NCBI GenBank assembly: GCA_035525365.1
Contig: DATLEK010000092.1
Span: forward strand, 4,641 to 68,640
Source: Acidimicrobiales bacterium
Lineage (GTDB): Bacteria; Actinomycetota; Acidimicrobiia; Acidimicrobiales; GCA-2861595
Direction: 5' to 3'
Length of the DNA: 64,000 nucleotides
In this document: positions 1 to 7,623 of the stretch, piece by piece
How the letters are laid out: every line of letters begins with the position of its first letter
How positions within the stretch are numbered: position 1 is the first letter of the stretch
Notes under the pieces: model-generated
The model's input: the letters and a program-made list of their open reading frames with translations, nothing else
Databases searched by the model: none
What the model was told of the DNA's origin: nothing
Translations under genes and position numbers: made by a program

Positions 1-37
1 CCCTGGGCTGCCGGCGTCCGGAGAGAAGGGCTCGAGC

Positions 38-1315
38 GTGTCGTCGTCTCATATTCGCCGAGGAGCGGGCAGTGCCGCACTAGCTGCGGCAGGCCTGCTG
101 GCCTTCCAAGTGGTCAAGTACAGGCGAAGGACGCGCCAACGCTTTGAGATGCCGGAAAGGCCTGTGCCGGGCACCCCCGAGTTCTCACGCCTGGTTTCGG
201 CCATGACCGGGGCTCCCTTGCGGCCCGGCAACCGCGTTCAGATCTTGCGCAATGGTGCCACCCTCGACGCAATGGTGGAGGCCATCTCCTCAGCGACGGA
301 GACCGTTGACTGCTCCTCCTACATCTACTGGCCGGGTGAGACCGCCGACCTGTTCAGCGCGGCGTTCATTGATCGGGCCCGAGCCGGCGTCGAGGTCAAC
401 CTGGTTCTCGACGGCTACGGCTCGGCCAAGCTCGACAGGGACCACCTGGAGCGGCTCCGGAGCTCCGGAGTGAACGTCTCCATCTTCCGCCCGCCGCGCT
501 GGTACAACCTCACGAAGCTGAACAACCGCATGCACCGACGCATCCTGGTGGTGGACGGCGTGCTCGCGTTTGCCGGAGGCGTGGGCATCGCCGAGGTCTG
601 GACCGGCAACGCCCAAGACCCCGACCACTGGCGGGAGACCCATCTGCACATCGAGGGACCAGCGGTGGCGGATCTCTTCGGCGCCTTCCTCGAGAACTGG
701 GTCACCGCAACCGGAGGGCTTCTCACCGGAACCCACATCGCCGATCCTGGGAGCTTCGACGACGGTGTCGAGCTGCAGGTGACGAGGAGCACCCCCACGG
801 GCGGCGCCACGGCCGCCACCGAGCTCTTCTACTCCGCCATCGCCGGGGCACGGGAGCGATTGTGGCTCACCACCGCTTACTTCGCCCCCGACAGAACCTT
901 CGAGAAGGTCCTCTGCGACGCCGCACGGCGGGGGGTTGACGTTCGCGTCCTCGTGAACGGCCAGCACGTTGACAAGGAGGTCGCCCGCCAGGCAGGGCGC
1001 CGCTCCTACGGCAAGCTGCTCAACGCCGGAGCGAGGATGTTCGAGTACGACAAGACCATGCTGCACGCCAAGGTTCTTTTGGTCGACCGTCGCTGGGCCA
1101 ACGTGGGGTCGGGGAACTTCGACAACCGCTCGCTGGATCTCGACCTCGAGATCAATGTGGCCATGTTGGACCCCGATCTCGTCGAGGAGTTGAGCAGTCA
1201 CTTCCTCGAGGATCTCGACGTGTCGACGGAGATTGACCTGGAGACGTGGAAGAAGCGGCCGTGGTGCAAGCGGGCGGGGGAGCTCGCCACCGATGTCATC
1301 CGCCAGTCACTGTGA
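38..1315 (+). CDS. cls: PLD-superfamily cardiolipin synthase-like protein
   Basis: 425-aa ORF with an N-terminal hydrophobic segment and two HKD-type motifs. The first is MHRRILVVDG (expected Lys is Arg). The second is canonical: LHAKVLLVD...GSGNFDNRS. Confidence 0.8.
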   Translation: MSSSHIRRGAGSAALAAAGLLAFQVVKYRRRTRQRFEMPERPVPGTPEFSRLVSAMTGAPLRPGNRVQILRNGATLDAMVEAISSATETVDCSSYIYWPGETADLFSAAFIDRARAGVEVNLVLDGYGSAKLDRDHLERLRSSGVNVSIFRPPRWYNLTKLNNRMHRRILVVDGVLAFAGGVGIAEVWTGNAQDPDHWRETHLHIEGPAVADLFGAFLENWVTATGGLLTGTHIADPGSFDDGVELQVTRSTPTGGATAATELFYSAIAGARERLWLTTAYFAPDRTFEKVLCDAARRGVDVRVLVNGQHVDKEVARQAGRRSYGKLLNAGARMFEYDKTMLHAKVLLVDRRWANVGSGNFDNRSLDLDLEINVAMLDPDLVEELSSHFLEDLDVSTEIDLETWKKRPWCKRAGELATDVIRQSL

Positions 1316-1334
1316 ACCCATGTGCCTGACGGCG

Positions 1335-1510
1335 ACGATGGCGGTCCAGCCGTCGGAAGGTTGACCGCGTTCACTGGATCGGCGAGTGCCTGATCATTCC
1401 AGTCCGTGAACACATCCACTCTCGACGACGAATCCACCCGTGCTCATGGGCCTCAAGCCTTCGATGAAGTCTTCGTACGTGTAGGACGGGTGAAACTGGA
1501 CCCCAGCAGG
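1335..1510 (-). pseudogene. McrB-like AAA+ (GTPase subunit) gene fragment, frameshifted and truncated
   Basis: One minus-strand frame reads VQFHPSYTYEDFIEGLRP..GGF, the McrB signature (E. coli McrB: QFHQSYSYEDFIQGYRP). A second frame continues VFTDWNDQALADP (compare IFYNFCQQAKEQP). No Walker A upstream and no IDEINR motif downstream. It runs into the 3' end of cls. Confidence 0.55.
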
Positions 1511-1695
1511 CGCCCTGGCTCCTCGGTGACCCCGGGAGGAACTGCGCATCGACCTGGCCGGTGCGGGTAGAGAACTCGGCGAGAACATCGGGGGCGACGG
1601 TGGCGATCTCGGCGATGGCGTTGATCGGCTCGTTCCACTCCACCCCGAGGCGCCGGCTGTCCTCATCAGCTCTCATCTGGGAGCGGAGGAAGATC

Positions 1696-2325
1696 ATGAT
1701 GCTTTTCAGCTTCACCTTGACAGTCGAGGGTGCCGACCTCACGGCCGGCGCCGCCCAAGACGAACTGTTCGAGGCAGGTTGTAACGAAGCCACCTTCGGC
1801 GTATCAGACGGCGTCCAGACTGCCGAATTTGATCGGGAGGCGTTGGACTTTGCCGAGGCAGTGGCCAGCGCCATCAAGGCTGTGGAGACGGCTGTCCCCG
1901 GCGCGCGAGTAGTCGAGGTCCACGTGGAGCGCCCAGGCGGTACCAAGGTGACCAGGAGCCTGTGGGCGATGCCCTCGAGCTGTTGCACGCCCTCTCCCGG
2001 GCAGGGGTCAGATGCGCCTGACAGCGATTTCGACCCGATCGCGCAGGCAACGGTCTCTCGGCGCGCTGGTCATCCCGGCTGGCAGTGGCCACGGTGGCGC
2101 CGGATGAGGCCAGCCGGGTTAGCAGGGCCCGCCTGGCTGATCGACAAGTCGGCTTATGCCCGCCTCGGGAGGGGCCCCAACGACAATCCGTGCCACAAGG
2201 GTTCGATTCCCTTCGCCCGCTCTCAAAGAAAGGCCGCTCGCTGCTCACCAACAGGGTCCTGCGGCGGTGGGTCCCCCCAGGCCTCCCCCGAGGTGCTGGC
2301 GGGTACTAGGAGGATCAAAGCGTGA
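1696..2325 (+). CDS. Hypothetical protein; composite ORF in which only about the first 80 aa look like a genuine small protein
   Basis: ATG at 1696 follows GGAGGAAG. The N-terminus MMLFSFTLTVEGADL...AVPGARVVEVHVE has normal protein-like composition. The remainder to the stop at 2325 is W/R/C-rich and reads through a PIN-like N-terminus and a tRNA fragment. Probably a decayed locus. Confidence 0.3.
   Translation: MMLFSFTLTVEGADLTAGAAQDELFEAGCNEATFGVSDGVQTAEFDREALDFAEAVASAIKAVETAVPGARVVEVHVERPGGTKVTRSLWAMPSSCCTPSPGQGSDAPDSDFDPIAQATVSRRAGHPGWQWPRWRRMRPAGLAGPAWLIDKSAYARLGRGPNDNPCHKGSIPFARSQRKAARCSPTGSCGGGSPQASPEVLAGTRRIKA
2104..2192 (+). pseudogene. Truncated PIN-domain (VapC-like) toxin N-terminus
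   Basis: MRPAGLAGPAWLIDKSAYARLGRGPN resembles the start of PIN/VapC toxins (xLIDTSAxxRL with the first acidic residue). Similarity stops after about 28 aa, exactly where the tRNA-Gly-like fragment begins. Confidence 0.35.
2193..2221 (+). other. tRNA-Gly 3' fragment (T-arm plus 3' acceptor strand); candidate att remnant
   Basis: CCACAAGGGTTCGATTCCCTTCGCCCGCT has T-stem AAGGG/CCCTT, T-loop TTCGATT and acceptor strand CGCCCGC with discriminator T. This matches the bacterial tRNA-Gly 3' end as I recall it (...GGGTTCGATTCCCTTCGCCCGCTCCA). No matching GCGGGCG 5' strand, D-arm or anticodon arm lies upstream. Confidence 0.6.
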
Positions 2326-2393
2326 GCCGGAGGATCCGTGCCGCCCCATCAAGAGGCAATGTGGTCAGGCGACACGGCCCTAGCCTTTGGCCC

Positions 2394-2630
2394 ATGTGCC
2401 GGAACATCACGCCCCTGCGGGGTCTCGAACCACCTGCCAGCGTCGAGGAGGTGGAATCCGCCGCCCGTCAGTACATCAGGAAGGTCGCGGCGGTGACCAG
2501 GGATCAGATGGCCAGCCCTGCCATAGAGCGGGCCGTGGAACGTGTCGCAGCAGCCACGACCGAACTTCTGCGGGAGCTGCCGCCCCGGCGCCGGCCGCCG
2601 GCGGTGGTACCGCCCCTACGGCGGCGCTGA
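2394..2630 (+). CDS. DUF2277-family protein
   Basis: Internal ATG at 2394 gives MCRNITPLRGLEPPASVEEVESAARQYIRKV..., the characteristic MCRNI start of DUF2277 proteins. The upstream part of the track ORF is probably not translated. Confidence 0.7.
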   Translation: MCRNITPLRGLEPPASVEEVESAARQYIRKVAAVTRDQMASPAIERAVERVAAATTELLRELPPRRRPPAVVPPLRRR

Positions 2631-2639
2631 GCCGGGCGT

Positions 2640-2993
2640 TCAGCCCCCGAGCTCCATGCGGGGGCGCAGGTCGATCCCGGCCGCCGTCACACCCTCCTCG
2701 AGGAGCTTTCGCTCCAGCTCGGTGAGGCGGCGATACCCGATGAAGAACTCCGGATCAGGGGCGTCGGGGATGTCGAGCATGTGGCCGACCACGACGAGCG
2801 CCTCGTCGTAGGCATACATGACGCGGTTCCAGCCACCCGGAGTGGGCGGGGAGAGTCCCTCCTGGCCATGGAGTGGGAGGGCGGCCCGCAGCGCCCGCAA
2901 CTCAGCACCGAGGTGCTCTCTGGCCACGGAGCTGGGGACGCCCAATTGGGCGGCCAGGCCCTCGATCGTCTTTGAACCGTCGTTCATACTCAT
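2640..2993 (-). CDS. Hypothetical protein
   Basis: ATG at 2993 overlaps the stop of the upstream small membrane ORF (ATGA). Composition is protein-like (MSMNDGSKTIEGLAAQLGVPSS...). No family recognised. Confidence 0.5.
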   Translation of the reverse strand: MSMNDGSKTIEGLAAQLGVPSSVAREHLGAELRALRAALPLHGQEGLSPPTPGGWNRVMYAYDEALVVVGHMLDIPDAPDPEFFIGYRRLTELERKLLEEGVTAAGIDLRPRMELGG

Positions 2994-3196
2994 ACGAGGA
3001 TCAGGGAGGCAAGCGCCCACAACGTGGCCAGGAGCCCGATCCCGATCATGAGGACGCTGCGCCCGGCAGGAGCCCGTTCCAGCTCGCCCTCCCGGGGCTG
3101 TTCTGGGGGGCGCACCAGTGCCAGCCCATTGCCCATCACCATGGCTGCGCCGAGAGCGAGGACCAACAACGGGAGCAGGTCGTCACCGAGGAACAC
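2990..3196 (-). CDS. Small membrane protein (two hydrophobic helices)
   Basis: 68-aa ORF with two hydrophobic stretches (LLPLLVLALGAAMVMG, VLMIGIGLLATLWALASLILV). Translationally coupled to the downstream ORF. Confidence 0.4.
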   Translation of the reverse strand: MFLGDDLLPLLVLALGAAMVMGNGLALVRPPEQPREGELERAPAGRSVLMIGIGLLATLWALASLILV

Positions 3197-3494
3197 GGGC
3201 CCATCACCTCCGACCGCCGGGGCGGGCGGGCAAGCGCGACATCGCTTTCATCGTACTACCTGCCAGGTGAGATCGGCCGTGGAAACCGGCTCTTGGCCGC
3301 TCCACCACCCTCTGTGAGATTTCCCCTCAAGCCGACCCGGCGGCCCGACGATCAAGGATGGAGCGTGGCGCCGCCAGCAGGCGCTCCGTAGAGGTAGTGG
3401 TGGGGGCCGGGACCCCTCCAAATCGTGGGATTCAGCCTCCGGGCCGGGACCTGCACCCCGGCTCCCGCCCTACTTCGCATGCGGTTGCCCGTGG

Positions 3495-4862
3495 CTACAC
3501 CCGGGCCATGTTGGCGAAGCGGGTGTAGTGCTCGAGGAACGCCAGCTGGGTGACGCCGGTGGGCCCGTTGCGGTGCTTGGACAGGATCACTTCCGCCGTC
3601 CCTCTGTCAGGTGAGTCCGGGTTGTACAGCTCATCTCTGTACAGGAACATCACCACGTCTGCATCCTGTTCCAAGGATCCCGATTCACGGAGGTCGGCCA
3701 GCACCGGGCGCTTGTCGGCGCGCATCTCCAGGTTTCGCGAGAGCTGTGAAAGGGCCACGACGGGGACTTTCAGCTCACGGGCCAGGATCTTGAGGCTCCG
3801 GCTGATCTCCGACACCTCGACCTGTCGGTTCTCCGCCCGCGCCCGACCGGACATCAGTTGGAGGTAGTCGATCACCACGAGGTCGAGGCCCTCACGGCTT
3901 TTCAGCCGCCGAGCTTTCGCCCGAATGTCCATGACCGTGATGTTGGGGTTGTCGTCGACGTAGATCGGTGCCTCACCCAGGCGGCCGACAGCGTGCTGGA
4001 TCTTCGGCCAGTCGGACTCGTGCAACTTTCCGTTGCGCATCCTGGTGGCATCCACCCTGGCCTCGGAACACAGAAGGCGCTGGGTGATCTCGTGGTGGCT
4101 CATCTCCAGGGAGAACATGAGCACCGACCGACGGGCGGTTATGGCGGCATGGGCCACCATGCCGAGCGCAAAAGCGGTCTTTCCCGTGCTCGGCCGGGCG
4201 CCGACGATGATGAGGTTGGATGGCTGCAGCCCGGCCAGGCGCTCATCGAGCTCGGTGAACCCCGTGGGTACGCCCGTGATGGCTTCACCCCGGTCGTACA
4301 GCGCCTCGAGGTGGTCCAAGCTCTTCTCCAGCAGGTCCCGCAGGGGTACCAACGAATCGGTGATCCGGCGCTGGGCCACCTGGAAGACCATGGTCTCCGC
4401 GCGGTCGACGGCCTCACCGACATCGTCAGGAACGGCATAGCCGAGCTCGGCGATCTCCCCCGCCACCCCGATGAGCCGGCGAAGGAGCGCATGCTCCTCG
4501 ACGATACGGGCGTACCGCGGAGCGCTGGTGATAGCCGGTGTGTTCGCCTGGAGCGAGACGAGAACCGGAGGGCCACCCATCGCTTCGAGCAAGCCGGCGC
4601 GGCGGAGCTCGTCTGCCACCGTGACCGGATCGGCGGGCTCACCTTGGCCGTAGAGGGAGGTGATGGCATCGAACACATGGGCATGGGCCGGCTTGTAGAA
4701 GTCCTCCGAGGCACAGATCTGGACAGCGTCGACGATGGCGTCACGCGAGAGAAGCATGGCTCCGAGGAGCGACTCCTCAGCCTGCAGGTCGTGGGGTGGG
4801 ATTCTTGCCCGGGACGCGGTGTTCGAAGCGGTAGGGCGCGGGTCGTCGAGAGAGCGGATCAC
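3495..4862 (-). CDS. dnaB: Replicative DNA helicase DnaB
   Basis: 455 aa. N-terminal PPHDLQAEESLLGAMLL, Walker A GARPSTGKTAFAL, and IDYLQLM, SRSLKILARELKVPVVALSQLSR motifs. No intein. Confidence 0.95.
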   Translation of the reverse strand: MIRSLDDPRPTASNTASRARIPPHDLQAEESLLGAMLLSRDAIVDAVQICASEDFYKPAHAHVFDAITSLYGQGEPADPVTVADELRRAGLLEAMGGPPVLVSLQANTPAITSAPRYARIVEEHALLRRLIGVAGEIAELGYAVPDDVGEAVDRAETMVFQVAQRRITDSLVPLRDLLEKSLDHLEALYDRGEAITGVPTGFTELDERLAGLQPSNLIIVGARPSTGKTAFALGMVAHAAITARRSVLMFSLEMSHHEITQRLLCSEARVDATRMRNGKLHESDWPKIQHAVGRLGEAPIYVDDNPNITVMDIRAKARRLKSREGLDLVVIDYLQLMSGRARAENRQVEVSEISRSLKILARELKVPVVALSQLSRNLEMRADKRPVLADLRESGSLEQDADVVMFLYRDELYNPDSPDRGTAEVILSKHRNGPTGVTQLAFLEHYTRFANMARV

Positions 4863-4995
4863 TGGAATGCCCTGATCCTCACAGTTGCGTGCTGGGGACG
4901 GCTAGGGGGTCTTGCTGGGGAATACCCAGTGGACGAAGGGGCCATCTCTCCACACCGGAACATCAGTTCGTGATGCTAACGAGAGACTGTGACAG

Positions 4996-5031
4996 GAAGA
5001 ACGGCGCCGGCACGTTCCGGCGCCGTTCTTC
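4996..5031 (-). terminator. Strong hairpin downstream of rplI (intrinsic terminator candidate)
   Basis: Perfect 15-bp inverted repeat GAAGAACGGCGCCGG / CCGGCGCCGTTCTTC with a 6-nt loop, 5 nt past the rplI stop and upstream of dnaB. Confidence 0.7.
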
Positions 5032-5036
5032 AAAGC

Positions 5037-5486
5037 TCAGCGGTCGCTGACGACCTCGACGTTGAGGCGGAACTCCACGTCGGCATGCAGACGCACCGGC
5101 ACCTCGTGGCTTCCAAGGGTGCGGATAGGCGACTCGATGTGCAAGCGGCGGCGGTCGAGCTCGATGCTCGACTGTGCAGCTACCGCGGCCGCTACATCGG
5201 CCGCGGTCACCGACCCGAACAGCTTGTTCTCCGACCCCGCCCGGGCGGGGATGCGGATCACCAGAGGAACGAGTGTGCGGGCGATGGCCTCGGCTCCCTC
5301 ACGCTCACGGGCATCCTTCACGTCGCGGGAGCGCCGCATCGCGCTCGCTTGGGACTCGACGCCGGCAGTGGCCTTCATGGCCCTTCCCTTGGGGATCAGG
5401 AAGTTGCGGGCATACCCGTCGGCGACGCTCAAAATATCGCCCTTCTTGCCCACACCGGCTACATCAGCACGCAGCACCACCTTCAC
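5037..5486 (-). CDS. rplI: 50S ribosomal protein L9
   Basis: [36 protein letters not shown]. The GTG start overlaps the rpsR stop (GTGA). Confidence 0.95.
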   Translation of the reverse strand: MKVVLRADVAGVGKKGDILSVADGYARNFLIPKGRAMKATAGVESQASAMRRSRDVKDAREREGAEAIARTLVPLVIRIPARAGSENKLFGSVTAADVAAAVAAQSSIELDRRRLHIESPIRTLGSHEVPVRLHADVEFRLNVEVVSDR

Positions 5487-5992
5487 GACGTGACCACGCC
5501 GTCATCATCATCAGCCGCCGGCTCGCTGTCGGCGAACGCCGACACATCGTCGTCCCCGTTCAGGCCGGCGGCACCGTCCACGTCGACATCGGCGTCGAGA
5601 TCGATATCGAGGTCGATATCGAGGCTGCTGGCATCCTCAGCCGGCGCATCGGAAGGTGACATGGCATCGCGACGTGGTCCGCCGCGGCCGGGGCCGCGGC
5701 CGCCAGCGCGCTCCATGACGGTCCGCTGGGTGTAGGGCAGGAGAGCAAGCTCGCGTGCCGTCTTGATCGCCACAGCCACCGCACGTTGGTGCTCGGTGCA
5801 GCAGCCCGACACCCTCCGGGCCCGGATCTTTCCGCGGTCCGAGATGTAACGCCGGAGCAGGTTGACTTCCTTGTAGTCGACCCAGGGAAGGTGATCCGTA
5901 CAGAACACGCACACCTTCTTCTTGCCCGGACGGCGACGATCATCCTTCGGTGCCCGCTTGGTTCCGCGGTCGCGGTCGTTGCTGCGTCCCAC
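5483..5992 (-). CDS. rpsR: 30S ribosomal protein S18 with a long acidic C-terminal extension
   Basis: S18 core KKKVCVFC...[48 protein letters not shown], followed by about 80 aa of Gly/Arg-rich then Asp-rich tail ([15 protein letters not shown]). The ORF ends in a GTGA overlap with the rplI start. Confidence 0.9.
   Translation of the reverse strand: MGRSNDRDRGTKRAPKDDRRRPGKKKVCVFCTDHLPWVDYKEVNLLRRYISDRGKIRARRVSGCCTEHQRAVAVAIKTARELALLPYTQRTVMERAGGRGPGRGGPRRDAMSPSDAPAEDASSLDIDLDIDLDADVDVDGAAGLNGDDDVSAFADSEPAADDDDGVVTS
5595..5624. repeat. Short in-frame tandem repeat inside the S18 tail
   Basis: TCGAGATCGATATCGAGGTCGATATCGAGG: a 12-nt unit (GATATCGAGGTC) repeated about 2.3 times, encoding DIDLDIDLD. 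Confidence 0.6.
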
Positions 5993-6483
5993 TAGAAAGG
6001 CTCCTCGTCTGCGCCATAGGCCGGCGCACCCTGTGATGCGGAGGCCTGCCCGTAGCCGCCGTCTGCGGCACCGTTCTGGCGGGGAGGCGGGCCGCCTTGT
6101 CCCCCACCCTCACCGGGTGATCGGCGCTCGTTCTTGGTGACGACGGCGGAGGCCCACCGGAGGCTCGGACCGATCTCGTCGGCCACGACCTCGATCTTCG
6201 AGCGCTTCTCACCGTTGGTCTCCCATGAGCGCTGCTCGAGACGGCCTGTCACCAGGACCCGAGACCCCTTCGACAGGGATTGACCGGCATTCTCCGCCAT
6301 CTCCCGCCAGCACACGACATCGAAGAACGACGTGGCCTCCTGCCACTCCCCGGACTGACGATCCTGCCAGCGGCGGTTGACGGCCAACCCGAAGCTGGCG
6401 GTGGCCTGCCCGGTGGGGGTGAATCGCAACTCAGGGTCGCGAGTGACGTTTCCAACCAGCGTGACTGTGTTCCCGTTGCTCAT
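5992..6483 (-). CDS. ssb: Single-stranded DNA-binding protein
   Basis: OB-fold N-terminus [18 protein letters not shown], Gly-rich linker and C-terminal acidic tip DEEPF. Confidence 0.95.
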   Translation of the reverse strand: MSNGNTVTLVGNVTRDPELRFTPTGQATASFGLAVNRRWQDRQSGEWQEATSFFDVVCWREMAENAGQSLSKGSRVLVTGRLEQRSWETNGEKRSKIEVVADEIGPSLRWASAVVTKNERRSPGEGGGQGGPPPRQNGAADGGYGQASASQGAPAYGADEEPF

Positions 6484-6866
6484 CTCTTCAACTCTCCTTC
6501 ACTTTCTTGACCTGGTTCGTCGGTCTGCTCGCCTGCAGCCACCGCCACCGGAGCGGGACGTGCCCGGCTGGCGACAACGGCATCAGGGATGCGGACGATC
6601 TTGTGGCGGATCACTTCATCCGCGAGCGAGAGCATGCGATGGACCTCAGCCATCACCGCGGGCTCCGCTTCCGCCGAGAGGAGGGCGTAGTAGCCCTCCC
6701 AGCGGTGGCGAAGCTCATAGGCGAAACGGCGCTTCCCCCAATGCTCGACCGGTCCCGGCACGCCACCTTTGGTGGTCACCAGCTCGGTGATGCGGTCGAC
6801 GTAGGCGCGGATGACATCGTCTTCCAGCCCGGCGTCGAATATGACCATGACTTCGTAGGGCCTCAA
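6480..6866 (-). CDS. rpsF: 30S ribosomal protein S6
   Basis: TTG at 6866 is preceded by AGGAGGTG. Product begins (M)RPYEVMVIFDAGLEDD...WGKRRFAYEL. The 212-aa track ORF is an upstream over-extension. Confidence 0.9.
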   Translation of the reverse strand: MRPYEVMVIFDAGLEDDVIRAYVDRITELVTTKGGVPGPVEHWGKRRFAYELRHRWEGYYALLSAEAEPAVMAEVHRMLSLADEVIRHKIVRIPDAVVASRARPAPVAVAAGEQTDEPGQESEGELKR

Positions 6867-7020
6867 GGGCCAACCACCTCCTGTGGACCCGTCGCTGAGC
6901 GGCGGGGCCCCGGACGGCCCGGGGCAGGTTCTGTGGAACAGCCTCAGAGTAGTCGACAGCGGCGGCGTCTCCATCTCGACCTCCACTGTCGCGGGGGGGT
7001 GTGACAAGTTCGATGGGCGT

Positions 7021-7623
7021 CTAGGCCCTAGGGGCGGAGCAGGCGCCACCGAGGGTAAGTACCGAGTCGGTCGCCACGCCCAAACGCTCCAGGCCGCCCT
7101 TCTGTACCTCCAGGGCAAAGCGATACGAGCCGGCCGGCGGGTACTGGGGGCACCCCTCCTGGTCCGGACACGGGGTCATGTCCGCGCTCGACACGAACCG
7201 GCCGGAGGCGTCGAACCAGGCGATGCTGAGGGCCATCGGCACGTTGCGCATGTAGAAGGTGCCCATCGTGTCCGCCTCGAAGCGGAAGATCATGGCGTCG
7301 TAGTCGCCGAGGTCACTTCGGCCCATCAAGCCCTTCTGACGCTCCACCTCGGTATCGGCCAACAAGGCGCAGCGTTCCGTGGTGGCGGGCAGCCCGGTCG
7401 CGCGAGCGGGCGTCACCCGGAAGGCGATCTCTCCGAACTCGAGAACGCCCACGGCCTGCGGTGGCGATCCGGGTGACTCGAGGCGTGGGTCGGGCGGCCC
7501 GTTGGCGCCCACTGCCAAGAAGGCACCGATGCCCGACAACAGGACGAGGACGATCGACCAACCGAGGATCGCCACCTGAAGGGGCCTGCGCCGGTGACTC
7601 GAACTCCGACGGTCTTTGCTCAC
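7021..7623 (-). CDS. DUF192-family protein with N-terminal membrane anchor
   Basis: Pattern ...DTEVERQKGLMGRSDL..DAMIFRF....FYMRNVPMALSIAWFD..G matches the DUF192 signature. The GTG start overlaps the panB stop (GTGA). Confidence 0.7.
   Translation of the reverse strand: MSKDRRSSSHRRRPLQVAILGWSIVLVLLSGIGAFLAVGANGPPDPRLESPGSPPQAVGVLEFGEIAFRVTPARATGLPATTERCALLADTEVERQKGLMGRSDLGDYDAMIFRFEADTMGTFYMRNVPMALSIAWFDASGRFVSSADMTPCPDQEGCPQYPPAGSYRFALEVQKGGLERLGVATDSVLTLGGACSAPRA

Noticed and set aside
1916-1931. Second parS-like sequence, AGGTCCACGTGGAGCG.
   Set aside because: 12 of 16 positions match the consensus, mostly through the central CACGTG. The outer arms do not match, and it lies inside the decayed ORF region.
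1371-1988. 205-aa minus-strand ORF spanning the cls-DUF2277 gap.
   Set aside because: Its 5' half is antisense to the better-supported small plus-strand ORF, which has a strong Shine-Dalgarno sequence at 1686-1693. Only a short internal stretch relates to the McrB fragment, and in a different frame, so it is treated as part of the decayed region.
2193-2221. Possibility that the GGGTTCGATTCCC-containing element is the 3' end of tmRNA (ssrA).
   Set aside because: The acceptor strand CGCCCGC would need a 5' GCGGGCG partner with a G3:U70 pair and an upstream tag ORF and pseudoknots. I find none within 400 nt, and CCA is not encoded. The sequence matches the tRNA-Gly 3' end much better.
3404-3451. 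11-nt direct repeat GGGCCGGGACC twice, 37 nt apart, in the dnaB downstream spacer. A GGAGCG...CGCTCC stem also lies at about 3360-3388.
   Set aside because: Short GC-rich repeats of this size are expected by chance in high-GC intergenic DNA, and there is no associated feature.
5595-5624. Short tandem repeats (here and at 13477-13512) considered as CRISPR or other arrays.
   Set aside because: Units are 9-12 nt, contiguous without spacers, in frame and inside coding sequence. They are coding microsatellites, not CRISPR.
6867-7020. An S6:S18-binding autoregulatory leader in the rpsF 5' UTR. The minus strand shows two TCCACAG repeats, one near the Shine-Dalgarno sequence.
   Set aside because: I cannot reconstruct the published motif from memory well enough to support a call. 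It would need an Rfam scan.
6867-7118. N-terminal extensions of track ORFs: rpsF 212 aa, ponA 836 aa (10709-11080), pbpA 652 aa (60680-61189), pstP 508 aa (63324-63521), dnaA 601 aa (35117-35530), rnpA 160 aa, yidC 343 aa, GNAT 362 aa.
   Set aside because: The extensions overlap upstream genes in other frames, are Arg/Pro-rich junk, and internal starts coincide with start/stop overlaps or Shine-Dalgarno sequences and with the onset of homology.
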